A program made the position numbers and the translations under genes. A DNA stretch of 61,775 nt, filler included. It is 5 parts of 5 records of this genome, joined end to end, with 100 filler letters (N's around TTAATTAATTAA, not from the genome) between each part and the next. Parts side by side here need not be neighbours in the genome. Positions count along the whole stretch, not along the records: positions 47,916 to 55,940 come from SRR31156797_1934; positions 56,041 to 61,775 come from SRR31156797_1937; 3 more parts are not named here. The stretch is one strand, 5' to 3'. Below, in pieces: positions 49,157-57,880 of the stretch (position 1 is its first letter; every line of letters starts with the position of its first letter). Under the pieces are notes generated by a model, which worked only from the letters and a program-made list of their open reading frames with translations, was not told the DNA's origin and did no database searches.

Positions 49157-49346
49157 GCCTCAATTATTATCAACATCAAATTACGTTTGTACAAAACACG
49201 ATTCACTAAAAAACATACGGGGATTATACAAGGTTATCCAGAAGAAAAGAAAAAACTCATAGCCTAAGGTTTGGGGTTTCACTACTTAATTATATCTCAC
49301 TATTCAAGATAATAAGAGAACGTAGTTTTTATCAAAATTTAAGCGT

Positions 49347-49511
49347 GACAAAAGCGTGACAAATCACTTTTGTTTGTTTTTCAATAGGTTACAGAGGTGC
49401 TTTTTTTATGATTTATGGGCGATTCGCTATTTGCCATTAGCCAAAAATGATTCGAGAGTGAGGTTTTGTAGTGTAAAAATTAGATAAATCTAGAACAAAA
49501 AAAGCGAACTG
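49347..49511. repeat. ~165-bp imperfect direct repeat, copy A
   Basis: Shares GACAAAAGCGTGACA, AAAAATGATTCGA, TGTAAAAATTAGATA and AAAGCGAACTG in order with 50258-50420. Confidence 0.85.
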
Positions 49512-49552
49512 ATTGACTTTATGTTCATTTTTAAGATTCTTTGTTTGCTTAA

Positions 49553-50197
49553 TCATTTATTTTTGGGAGAAACTAAAAATATTCGATACAATAAGGTAAG
49601 CATAAGCATTTCCATCAAAAAACATACAAATCCTAAACTGTTCGCCTCTGGCCATACGCTTATCTTATTTTCTAACAAAAAAACATGCCCTAAGTTTGAA
49701 CCACTCCCTTCAAAAGGAAATATAACCCCCTGAATAAAATTCCATGAAAAATGCATGCCTACTCCAATGCTAATTGACCTAAACATATAAGTGGCATAAA
49801 AAAGAGAAATGCCGGATAAAGTACAGTTAATTTGCAGCATAGGAAATTCGTCCAAATTAAAGTGCAGAAAACCAAATACTACAGAACTAATTAAACACAG
49901 GTAGATAATACTTTTGCTGTACTTTTTAGTTTTATCACTTATCCATTTTCTTAAAAACAGATATCTAAAGAGCAACTCCTCTACAAAAGCAACCAAAACA
50001 CAATAGCTTAATGATTGCATTATCCTATAAAAAGATATGGAATCATTATAAATATAACGTTCGTTTGAGTATGCCAATAAAAGTAAAGTAGAAAATGAAA
50101 AGGCTGAAATTAGAACTCCATATAAAAACAACATGGAATTGTGCTTAATCGCATGGTGCTTTGGTTTGTTGATTAATGACATGTGATCTGCATTCAA
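49553..50197 (-). CDS. CPBP family intramembrane glutamic endopeptidase (CAAX/Abi)
   Basis: EELLFR, FGFLH, MHFSWN motifs and multiple TMs; start may be 50182. Confidence 0.88.
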   Translation of the reverse strand: MNADHMSLINKPKHHAIKHNSMLFLYGVLISAFSFSTLLLLAYSNERYIYNDSISFYRIMQSLSYCVLVAFVEELLFRYLFLRKWISDKTKKYSKSIIYLCLISSVVFGFLHFNLDEFPMLQINCTLSGISLFYATYMFRSISIGVGMHFSWNFIQGVIFPFEGSGSNLGHVFLLENKISVWPEANSLGFVCFLMEMLMLTLLYRIFLVSPKNK

Positions 50198-50257
50198 TAT
50201 TTATCGATTAGTTTACGAAATAAAACAAATACAACTATTAAACAAATAAATTAATGC

Positions 50258-50420
50258 GACAAAAGCGTGACATATTATTTTTGTTTATTATTCAATAAGT
50301 TGCAGAATCATTTCTTTGATGCTTTATGAGCCATTAGCTGTTTGCCAATAGCAAAAAATGATTCGATGGTGAGATTTTAGCATGTAAAAATTAGATAGAT
50401 CTAGAGTAAAAAGCGAACTG
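50258..50420. repeat. ~165-bp imperfect direct repeat, copy B
   Basis: Collinear with 49347-49511 at an offset of about 910 bp. Confidence 0.85.
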
Positions 50421-50491
50421 CTTATTGTTGGCTGATCGCTGCTAACTGATATCTCAAAGATCAATTGAGCAAAACTAAGAGTAATTATACA

Positions 50492-50535
50492 ACAAAGGCT
50501 TGCTCTGAATTTAGAGCAAGCCTTTGTATTTTTTT
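50492..50535. terminator. Terminator downstream of the hypD activase gene
   Basis: ACAAAGGCTTGCTCT-GAATTT-AGAGCAAGCCTTTGT, a 15-bp stem. Confidence 0.8.
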
Positions 50536-50578
50536 ACTATCGAAATGTTAGCTTTTAATACTAAGTTAAACGCAGTTA

Positions 50579-50634
50579 ACTAATCATTGCTAACTGATTA
50601 CTGAAGACTGATTACTGTTAACTGAAAACTGCCC
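50579..50634. repeat. Heptamer tandem array (ACTGNNN)
   Basis: actaatc attgcta actgatt actgaag actgatt actgtta actgaaa actgccc. Confidence 0.8.
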
Positions 50635-51543
50635 TCACCCTCCAACACTAACTTTTATACCGTGAGATGCAAAAATAGAAATAGCCTTTTGAATATCTGT
50701 CTCATCCGGCGTTTCCAATTGGTAATCATGATAAACAGAACCCAGTTTTTGATGTTTACCATGGGCAATGTCATGATAAGGCAATAAATTCACCTCTCTT
50801 CTTAGCCAGGGCAAAGCACCTAAAAAGGCAGCTTCTTTCATCAACGTTTCCTCATCGGCATTCACTCCTTTTATAAAAGGAATACGAATAATAAAATCTA
50901 CATTATTCTCCGCCAACAAAGCGATGTTTTTTAAAATCAATTCATTGGAAACACCTGTGTATTTCTTGTGTATTTCCTCGTCAAATGCCTTTAAATCTAC
51001 CAAAAACAACTCGGTACGTTTGACCACTTCCATTAGCACTTTTTCAGTAGCAAATAAAGTCGTGTCCACTACCCTGTGAATCTGCTTTTCACCACAGCGA
51101 TCAAGCAACTCTATTAACTTACGATGATTCATTAAAGGTTCTCCACCTGAAAAAGTAACGCCTCCTTCTGACTGATCAAAAAAGATAGTCTCCCGCTCAA
51201 TAATGCGCATTAACTCGTCGTTGGTATATTCTTTTCCCGACATTTCAATGGCTTTGGTCGGACAAACTAATGCACATTGTCCGCACAGGGTACATTTTTC
51301 TGCATCCGTTTTTATTCCGTCGCGTGTGAGCTCCAAAGCACCTTCCGGACAAACTTCAATACATTTAACCGCACCAATACATTTAGATGCGGTATACATT
51401 TTTTGAGCATGCTCTGAAAGGCTTTCGGGATTATGACACCAAACACAGGACAAAGGGCAGCCTTTAAAAAACAAGGTTACCCGAATACCCGGCCCATCGT
51501 TAATGGCATATTTTTTTACATCGAATATTAAGCCTTTCCCCAT
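50635..51543 (-). CDS. Glycyl-radical enzyme activating protein (radical SAM, ferredoxin-like insert)
   Basis: DGPGIR, GCPLSCVWCHNPE, CTLCGQCALVCP, SGGEP. Confidence 0.96.
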   Translation of the reverse strand: MGKGLIFDVKKYAINDGPGIRVTLFFKGCPLSCVWCHNPESLSEHAQKMYTASKCIGAVKCIEVCPEGALELTRDGIKTDAEKCTLCGQCALVCPTKAIEMSGKEYTNDELMRIIERETIFFDQSEGGVTFSGGEPLMNHRKLIELLDRCGEKQIHRVVDTTLFATEKVLMEVVKRTELFLVDLKAFDEEIHKKYTGVSNELILKNIALLAENNVDFIIRIPFIKGVNADEETLMKEAAFLGALPWLRREVNLLPYHDIAHGKHQKLGSVYHDYQLETPDETDIQKAISIFASHGIKVSVGG

Positions 51544-53999
51544 TAGAACGACTCATTTTCGGTTCTGTCAATCACCTCTTGTTGAAGATCCTCATTCATA
51601 TCATTGAAGTAATCGCTATACCCGGCCATACGCACCAACAAATCTTTATAATCCTCCGGATTTTGTTGTGCAGCTAATAAAGTAGCAGTATCCACAATAT
51701 TAAACTGAATATGGTGACCTCCCAACGCAAAGTAACTTCTGATTAGTTTACTCAACTTGGTAATATCCTCATCGCGTTTAAGCAAGCTAGGCAGAAAACG
51801 TTGGTTCAATAAGGTTCCTCCAGATTTAGCCTGATCGATTTTTGTTAAGGAACGAATCACTGCCGATGGTCCGTTTACATCACATCCATGCGACGGAGAA
51901 GTTCCATCTGAAATAGACTTATATGCCAAACGACCATTAGGCGTTGCACCCATCACCTTACCAAAGTAAACATGGCAAGTAGTTGACAACATATTTAAAT
52001 GATAGGTTTCGCCTTTTGTATTCGGTTTACCATCAATGGTAGCTAACAAATCATTATACACTCTAACCGCAATATCATCCGCCAAATCATCATCATTACC
52101 AAAGAATGGTGTATTATTCAAAATAGTCTGACGTAATATTTCCTCACCTTCGAAGTTTTTAGAAACCACATCCAGTATTTTTTCCATGCTGAATGTTTGC
52201 TTCTCAAATACATGCGTTTTTAAGGTTGATAAACTATCTGTAACGGTACCTAGGCCAGTACACTGAATATAGTTGGTATTATATCGGGGACCAGCATCGT
52301 AATAATCCCTACCCCTTTTAATACAATCATCGGTCAAAACAGAAAGCAATGGAGCAGGTGCATATTTAGCAAACATACGATCGATGTAGTTGCTCACTTT
52401 TATCTTGAGGTCAACGATAAATTCCAATTGTCTTAAGAAAGCCTGGTACAATTCCTCGTAAGATGTAAACGAAAGAGGATCGCCAGTAGCCAAACCTGCT
52501 TTTTTGCCGGTAACCGGATCGATACCATTATTAAGTGTTACTTCCAGAATTTTAGGCACATTCAGATACCCGGTTAACACATACGCTTCTTTACCAAAAG
52601 CACCTACCTCAATACAACCACTACATCCACCTTCGCGTGCATCTTGTAATGATTTACCATGATTCAACATTTCGGTAATATAGGTATCCGGATTAAATAC
52701 AGAAGGATAACCATGTCCTTGACGGATTACATTACATCCGGCTTTTAGGAAACGATCAGGCGTGCGTGCACTAATATGAATAGAACTACCCGGTTGAAGA
52801 ATATGCAGTTCTTCAATAATTTCTAGCATAATGTAAGATACCTCGCTTGTACCATCACTACCATCAGATCGAACACCTCCGATATTGATATTTGTAAAGT
52901 CGTTATAGGTTCCACTCTCGCGGGCTGTAATACCTACTTTTGGAGGAGCAGGCTGGTTATTTACTTTAATCCAGAAACAAGATAACAGCTCTTTAGCCTC
53001 TTCTCTGCTTAAAGTACCCTTAGCAATTTCTTCATTAAAGAATGGCTCCAAATGCTGATCAAAATGTCCCGGGTTCATGGCATCCCAACCATTTAATTCG
53101 GTAATGGTACCCAGGTGCATAAACCAGTACATTTGTATCGCTTCCCAGAAAGTACGAGGAGCGTTAGCCGGAACCCAGCGACATACTTCTGCAATCTTTA
53201 AAAGCTCTTGCTTTCTTTTTTCGTCTTTCTCTGTCAAAGCCATTTCTTCGGCCAAATCCGCATGACGCTCTGCAAATACAATAGCTGCATCGCAGGAAAT
53301 ATCCATGGCTTTTAATTCTTCTAATTTATCGGTAGCTTCCGGATCGTTCATATAATCCAAACTGGCAATATGATCGGCTATATCCTTTTTAAAATCAAGT
53401 AATCCTTTTTTGTAGATCTTTCCATCCAGGGTAGTGTGACCCGGTGCTCTTTGCTCCATAAATTCGGTAAACAAACCGGCTTCATAAGCTGCTTTCCACT
53501 CTTCTGGTACGTGACTGAAAATACGCTCACGCTGCGTACGTCCTTCCCAATAAGGAATTACCTTTTTTTCGTAAGTATCTATATCTTCCTGAGAAATAGT
53601 ATAACGTTGTAATTCGCGCGTATTTAATACATTTAAATCATCTACCGAGTGGCAGGTAAGTTCAGGGAAAGTAGGAACTGACTTTGGGAAAGGTCCTCTT
53701 TCTGCTACAATCAATTCACCCTCGCCAATGTATAAAGTTTTCTTCTTACATATTTCAAGAAATGTAAGCGCTCTCAACACCGGAACAGAATATTTTCCGT
53801 AGTTCTCTTTGTAGAATTCGGTCTCTATCAAAGCTCTTTCAATCGATAAAGAAGGCTCGGTATCAACACTTAATTTTCTTAATTGTGCAATTCTTTCATT
53901 CATACCACCTCCTGCTACTTCTTTCGCTTCGGAGCCAAAATTACAAGTTGAATTGGCTGTTCTTTGTGGTGTAATATCAAGGTTTGTTTTTGTCTTCAT
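51543..53999 (-). CDS. hypD: trans-4-hydroxy-L-proline dehydratase (glycyl radical enzyme)
   Basis: FTEFMEQRAPGHT, ELNGWDA, ESGTYNDF, SGCIE, TTCHVYFG, RMAGYS. Alternative start at 53903. Confidence 0.9.
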   Translation of the reverse strand: MKTKTNLDITPQRTANSTCNFGSEAKEVAGGGMNERIAQLRKLSVDTEPSLSIERALIETEFYKENYGKYSVPVLRALTFLEICKKKTLYIGEGELIVAERGPFPKSVPTFPELTCHSVDDLNVLNTRELQRYTISQEDIDTYEKKVIPYWEGRTQRERIFSHVPEEWKAAYEAGLFTEFMEQRAPGHTTLDGKIYKKGLLDFKKDIADHIASLDYMNDPEATDKLEELKAMDISCDAAIVFAERHADLAEEMALTEKDEKRKQELLKIAEVCRWVPANAPRTFWEAIQMYWFMHLGTITELNGWDAMNPGHFDQHLEPFFNEEIAKGTLSREEAKELLSCFWIKVNNQPAPPKVGITARESGTYNDFTNINIGGVRSDGSDGTSEVSYIMLEIIEELHILQPGSSIHISARTPDRFLKAGCNVIRQGHGYPSVFNPDTYITEMLNHGKSLQDAREGGCSGCIEVGAFGKEAYVLTGYLNVPKILEVTLNNGIDPVTGKKAGLATGDPLSFTSYEELYQAFLRQLEFIVDLKIKVSNYIDRMFAKYAPAPLLSVLTDDCIKRGRDYYDAGPRYNTNYIQCTGLGTVTDSLSTLKTHVFEKQTFSMEKILDVVSKNFEGEEILRQTILNNTPFFGNDDDLADDIAVRVYNDLLATIDGKPNTKGETYHLNMLSTTCHVYFGKVMGATPNGRLAYKSISDGTSPSHGCDVNGPSAVIRSLTKIDQAKSGGTLLNQRFLPSLLKRDEDITKLSKLIRSYFALGGHHIQFNIVDTATLLAAQQNPEDYKDLLVRMAGYSDYFNDMNEDLQQEVIDRTENESF

Positions 54000-54220
54000 T
54001 CTGAGATAATGTTAATGAATTAGCCAGACTTCCATAGCCATATGGCCTGGATTACTGATAATCGGATTAATAAACTAATAGGTATTAATAAATAAGAAAT
54101 GCGGACTCAATCCACATTTAAATGAAGACTACAGGTATATCATTAAACAATGAAATAACCTACGGTAACTGTATATGAGATTATGTGCTAAAAACATATC
54201 TTTTAAACTGAATAGATATG

Positions 54221-54228
54221 CAAAATTA
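54221..54228 (-). promoter_or_regulatory. Bacteroidota -7 element upstream of hypD
   Basis: Minus strand TAATTTTG. Confidence 0.45.
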
Positions 54229-54366
54229 AAAAATATTTTATTTCAAAATACATCTGTATACGACTATCAGTAGGGTATATAGTTATTTTAGAATGTTTTT
54301 AAAATAAAATACCTGTCAATTATCAATGTTCGTAACATTTTTAAAGGCCAAACATCTCTAAACAAA

Positions 54367-54397
54367 AAAATCCCTTCTTAGATTAAGAAAGGATTTT
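54367..54397 (-). terminator. Terminator after the small wHTH gene
   Basis: AAAATCC(C)TTCTTA-GAT-TAAGAAAGGATTTT with an A-run on the + strand (U-tract on the minus strand). Confidence 0.65.
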
Positions 54398-54422
54398 AAA
54401 TATTATTTGATGCTAGATGAAT

Positions 54423-54599
54423 TTACTTAGGTTCCCAAAAACATCGTTTAGGAGAAACGATTAATTCCTCTTTTTTCAGTTTTGCCATGCCTTTGTCCAC
54501 TTCTTTACGTTCCAGGCCTGTTAATTCAACAATCTTTCCGGCATTTAGTGGCTGGCCGGCTTTTTTCATCGCATCTAAAATTTGTTCTGTTACTTCCAT
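54423..54599 (-). CDS. Small 58-aa winged-helix DNA-binding protein (not in the ORF track)
   Basis: Manual translation MEVTEQILDAMKKAGQPLNAGKIVELTGLERKEVDKGMAKLKKEELIVSPKRCFWEPK; followed by a terminator. Confidence 0.85.
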   Translation of the reverse strand: MEVTEQILDAMKKAGQPLNAGKIVELTGLERKEVDKGMAKLKKEELIVSPKRCFWEPK

Positions 54600-54743
54600 C
54601 TGGGTTTATGAAAATGATGTTAATAAATTAATAATGTCGGAAGGTAAAGTGAGAAGATGGATTTTTGTTCAAAATAAACATAACACTACTTTAAAATAAT
54701 TAATTAGTTTTGTCGAACCTAAACACTCATGTAATTATTAATT

Positions 54744-55940
54744 ATGACAATTAACCTTAAACAAACTTTAGTATTATTAGTATTCTTATTAATAAATGTA
54801 TCTGTTCATTCTGAACTAAATTTCAAACCTACCGGATATTTAGCTTTAGATATAAGATCAACTGATATTTCTTGCCCAGGAAACAACGATGGAGAAATAG
54901 AAATCATTGCTAGCGGTGGATCAGGAGATTATAAATACTCCATAAACAATGGTATTACATGGCAATACTCAGGTTTATTCGCAAACTTATCAGAAGGTAA
55001 TTATACTGTTATTGTAGTTGACAATATTTTATCCATGGAATCGCTTCCTGAAGACATCTATTTAACAGAATCCTCTCTTGCTGAAATAAATTTATCAGCA
55101 ATCTCACCTGTTTGTGATGGTATAACAACATTAACATCGCAGTTACCTTCAAATGCTATTTGGGCTTATTGGCAAATTGAAGAAGGTTCTGGTTCTTTTG
55201 AAGATGCAGCTTCTAACGAAACCTCCGTAACTGAATTAGGCCATGGAAGTAATGTGTTCAGTTGGAATGTATTTCTGGATAATGGATGTAGTCAAACTAC
55301 CTTTATTGAAGTAATTAACAATCAACCTAGCGAAGCTGCATTTCAAGATGACATTAGCTCTGTCAATACCTGTGGTTCTTCCTATAGCTTAGAAGCAAAT
55401 CTTCCTACTTACGGTACCGGAAGATGGTACGTTATTAGAGGAAGCGGAACTTTTACTGACAATACCAATCCACAAAGTGAAGTAAAAAATCTAAGTAAAG
55501 GAGAAAATATTCTTCGATGGGTCGTTTCAAACAACACCTGCTTGTCAATGAAGGATTTTAACATTAATAACCTGAAGGTTGAGGTAAGTGCAGGTCAGGA
55601 TACAACGGTTTGTTCCACCATAGCTCAATTACATGCTTCACCGGCAATGGATGGTACAATTGGAGAATGGAGTATTGTTAATGGCATAGGTAGCGGTGGT
55701 TTTCAACCTTCATCTGACAATCCGAATGCAACCGTGAGCAGTTTAGGAAATGGAAATAATGCTTTAATTTGGAGTATAGAAAACGAGGGCTGCATATCTG
55801 TAGACACTGTAATAGTAAGAAATGATAGACCTAAAAATGTTCAGGCAACACCTTTAATAGAAACAGATAATAACTATACAACTTTAATCGCTGCACCTCC
55901 TGTTATTGGACTACTCTTTATACGTATTATTGTTAAGTAG
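54744..55940 (+). CDS. Secreted surface protein with SprB repeat and Ig/PKD-like repeats (probably truncated)
   Basis: Signal peptide; ISCPGNNDGEIEIIASGGSGDYKYS; three repeats of W...GSG.F.....VxxLxxGxNxxxW. Confidence 0.75.
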   Translation: MTINLKQTLVLLVFLLINVSVHSELNFKPTGYLALDIRSTDISCPGNNDGEIEIIASGGSGDYKYSINNGITWQYSGLFANLSEGNYTVIVVDNILSMESLPEDIYLTESSLAEINLSAISPVCDGITTLTSQLPSNAIWAYWQIEEGSGSFEDAASNETSVTELGHGSNVFSWNVFLDNGCSQTTFIEVINNQPSEAAFQDDISSVNTCGSSYSLEANLPTYGTGRWYVIRGSGTFTDNTNPQSEVKNLSKGENILRWVVSNNTCLSMKDFNINNLKVEVSAGQDTTVCSTIAQLHASPAMDGTIGEWSIVNGIGSGGFQPSSDNPNATVSSLGNGNNALIWSIENEGCISVDTVIVRNDRPKNVQATPLIETDNNYTTLIAAPPVIGLLFIRIIVK

Positions 55941-56040
55941 NNNNNNNNNNNNNNNNNNNNNNNNNNNNNNNNNNNNNNNNNNNNTTAATTAATTAANNNN
56001 NNNNNNNNNNNNNNNNNNNNNNNNNNNNNNNNNNNNNNNN
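55941..56040. other. Artificial contig linker
   Basis: N44-TTAATTAATTAA-N44. Confidence 0.99.
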
Positions 56041-57345
56041 GATGTTTTTGTTGACTACCTAAAACGGTCGAATTATATGCTTCAGCAAGGTTTGAATGTT
56101 GCTGATGTTGCTTATTTTATTGGCGAGGATGTCCCTAAAATGACTGGGATTCCTGAGCCAGAACTTCCTGTGGGTTATCAATTTGATTATATGAATGCCG
56201 AGGTGCTCGAAAAAAATATGTCTGTAAAAGATGGCTTGCTTACCTTACCACATGGAACTCAGTACAGGATTTTGGTGTTACCAAAACTTGAAACCATGCG
56301 TCCTGAATTACTTGCAAAGATTAAGCAGTTGGTAAACGATGGAGCGGTTATTCTTGGTCCTGCGCCAAAACGTTCGCCCAGCTTGCAGAATCAGCCCGAA
56401 GGAGACCGCCATGTTCAGGAAATGGCTTCTGAATTATGGGGCAATATTGACGGTGAACGAGTGAAATCGCATAGATTTGGGAAGGGGCTGGTTATGGATG
56501 GATTATCTATGGAAGAAGCTTTTATGACAATAAACTGTATCCCAGATTGTAAACTTCCGCTAGATAACAGTATTCATTATGGTCACCGGACAATGGAAGG
56601 TGCCGAAATCTACTTTCTAAGTAATCAAACCAATGAAAATAAAGCAGTGAATCCTGAATTTCGTGTCACAGGTTTTCAACCTGAACTTTGGGATGCAACT
56701 ACTGGCTCTGTTCGGGAACTTCCTGCCTACAAACAATATGAGAATACAACATTGGTACCTCTAAAACTGGCTCCCTTCGAAAGTGTGTTTATCATGTTTC
56801 GCAAAAAATCAGGTAAAGCTAAATTGCATGGAGTAGAGGCAAATTATCCGACTCCAATTATTCTGGAGGATTTGAACAAACCGTGGAAAGTAAAGTTTGA
56901 CGCTTCGAAACGTGGGCCTGAAGAACCTGTAGTTTTTGAGACACTTAAAGACTGGTCACAGTCTTCCGACGACAGGATAAAATACTATTCAGGCATGGTG
57001 TCTTATGAGCAAACCTTTAGCATTGATACCTTGCCGGCTGGAGAAAACATCTTGCTCAACCTTGGCGATTTAACTGCTATGGCAAAAGTATATTTGAATG
57101 GAAAGTATGTTGGTGGACTGTGGACACAACCTTACCAAATTGATGTAACCGACTTTATAGCTTCAGGAAAAAATGACCTAAGGATTGATGTAGTTAACAC
57201 TTGGGTAAACAGGTTAATTGGGGATTTATCTTTACCTAAGGATCAACGTAAGACATGGTGCCCGGTTAATCCGTACAAAGCTAACAGCCCTTTGCAACGC
57301 TCCGGTTTATTCGGCCCTGTATCTGTCTTGGCTGTGAAGTATTAA
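56041..57345 (+). CDS. GH106 alpha-L-rhamnosidase-like glycoside hydrolase, C-terminal part
   Basis: DYLKRSNYMLQQG, ADVAYFIGED, PELWDA, IKYYSG, VVNTWVNRLIGD, SGLFGPV. Confidence 0.85.
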   Translation, partial: DVFVDYLKRSNYMLQQGLNVADVAYFIGEDVPKMTGIPEPELPVGYQFDYMNAEVLEKNMSVKDGLLTLPHGTQYRILVLPKLETMRPELLAKIKQLVNDGAVILGPAPKRSPSLQNQPEGDRHVQEMASELWGNIDGERVKSHRFGKGLVMDGLSMEEAFMTINCIPDCKLPLDNSIHYGHRTMEGAEIYFLSNQTNENKAVNPEFRVTGFQPELWDATTGSVRELPAYKQYENTTLVPLKLAPFESVFIMFRKKSGKAKLHGVEANYPTPIILEDLNKPWKVKFDASKRGPEEPVVFETLKDWSQSSDDRIKYYSGMVSYEQTFSIDTLPAGENILLNLGDLTAMAKVYLNGKYVGGLWTQPYQIDVTDFIASGKNDLRIDVVNTWVNRLIGDLSLPKDQRKTWCPVNPYKANSPLQRSGLFGPVSVLAVKY

Positions 57346-57838
57346 GCATAAAATGAGGAGTGTATTCACGATCTTTGTCTTGGATTTTCACCTGGATTAT
57401 GAGAACATACCAACTTACATCTATATTAACGTGAGTTTAAGGGAGACGATATATTGTACGCCATCATGCACTTGGAATTGTAAAAACAAAGAAGACAGTA
57501 GAATACTGTTTTCAAATTTATTTAGAAGATCAACTTACCTTTAACGTCTCATTATTTACACAACAGATAATCTCTTATCCCGAGCTCCGGTTATATTAAT
57601 AAATGCTGAAACCATTGGCGATAAGAATCCATATACTATTCTATTCTTGAAAAGTAGCTTGTAAAGTATGCCAGTATAATTTCAACAATTGTATGTATTC
57701 TGTTTTAAAAGAAAACAGCAATTAAATAAGTGGCATTTAAAAGAGGTTTAACTTGTTGTAAATAGCCAGTAACGCTTGAAAAACTTAAGCATTCGATAAA
57801 AAAAGTTTTTGAAAATTAGTAGATTAATGTTGTTTTGT

Positions 57839-57857
57839 TATATTTGTAGTACAAATA
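57839..57857 (+). promoter_or_regulatory. -7 promoter element overlapped by a palindromic GntR/FadR-type operator
   Basis: TATATTTG at 57839; perfect palindrome TATTTGTA-G-TACAAATA at 57841-57857. Confidence 0.65.
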
Positions 57858-57880
57858 GAACTAATACTCATTGAACTGGT

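Noticed and set aside
54487-54699. 70-aa plus-strand ORF
   Set aside because: Antisense to the better-supported 58-aa wHTH gene at 54423-54599.
16089-56040. Recurrent TTAATTAATTAA motif, and any functional link between genes on different segments
   Set aside because: The motif sits in identical N-padded 100-nt artificial linkers. The segments differ in composition and apparent taxon.
57353-57544. 63-aa ORF after GH106
   Set aside because: No recognisable motif; cannot be supported.
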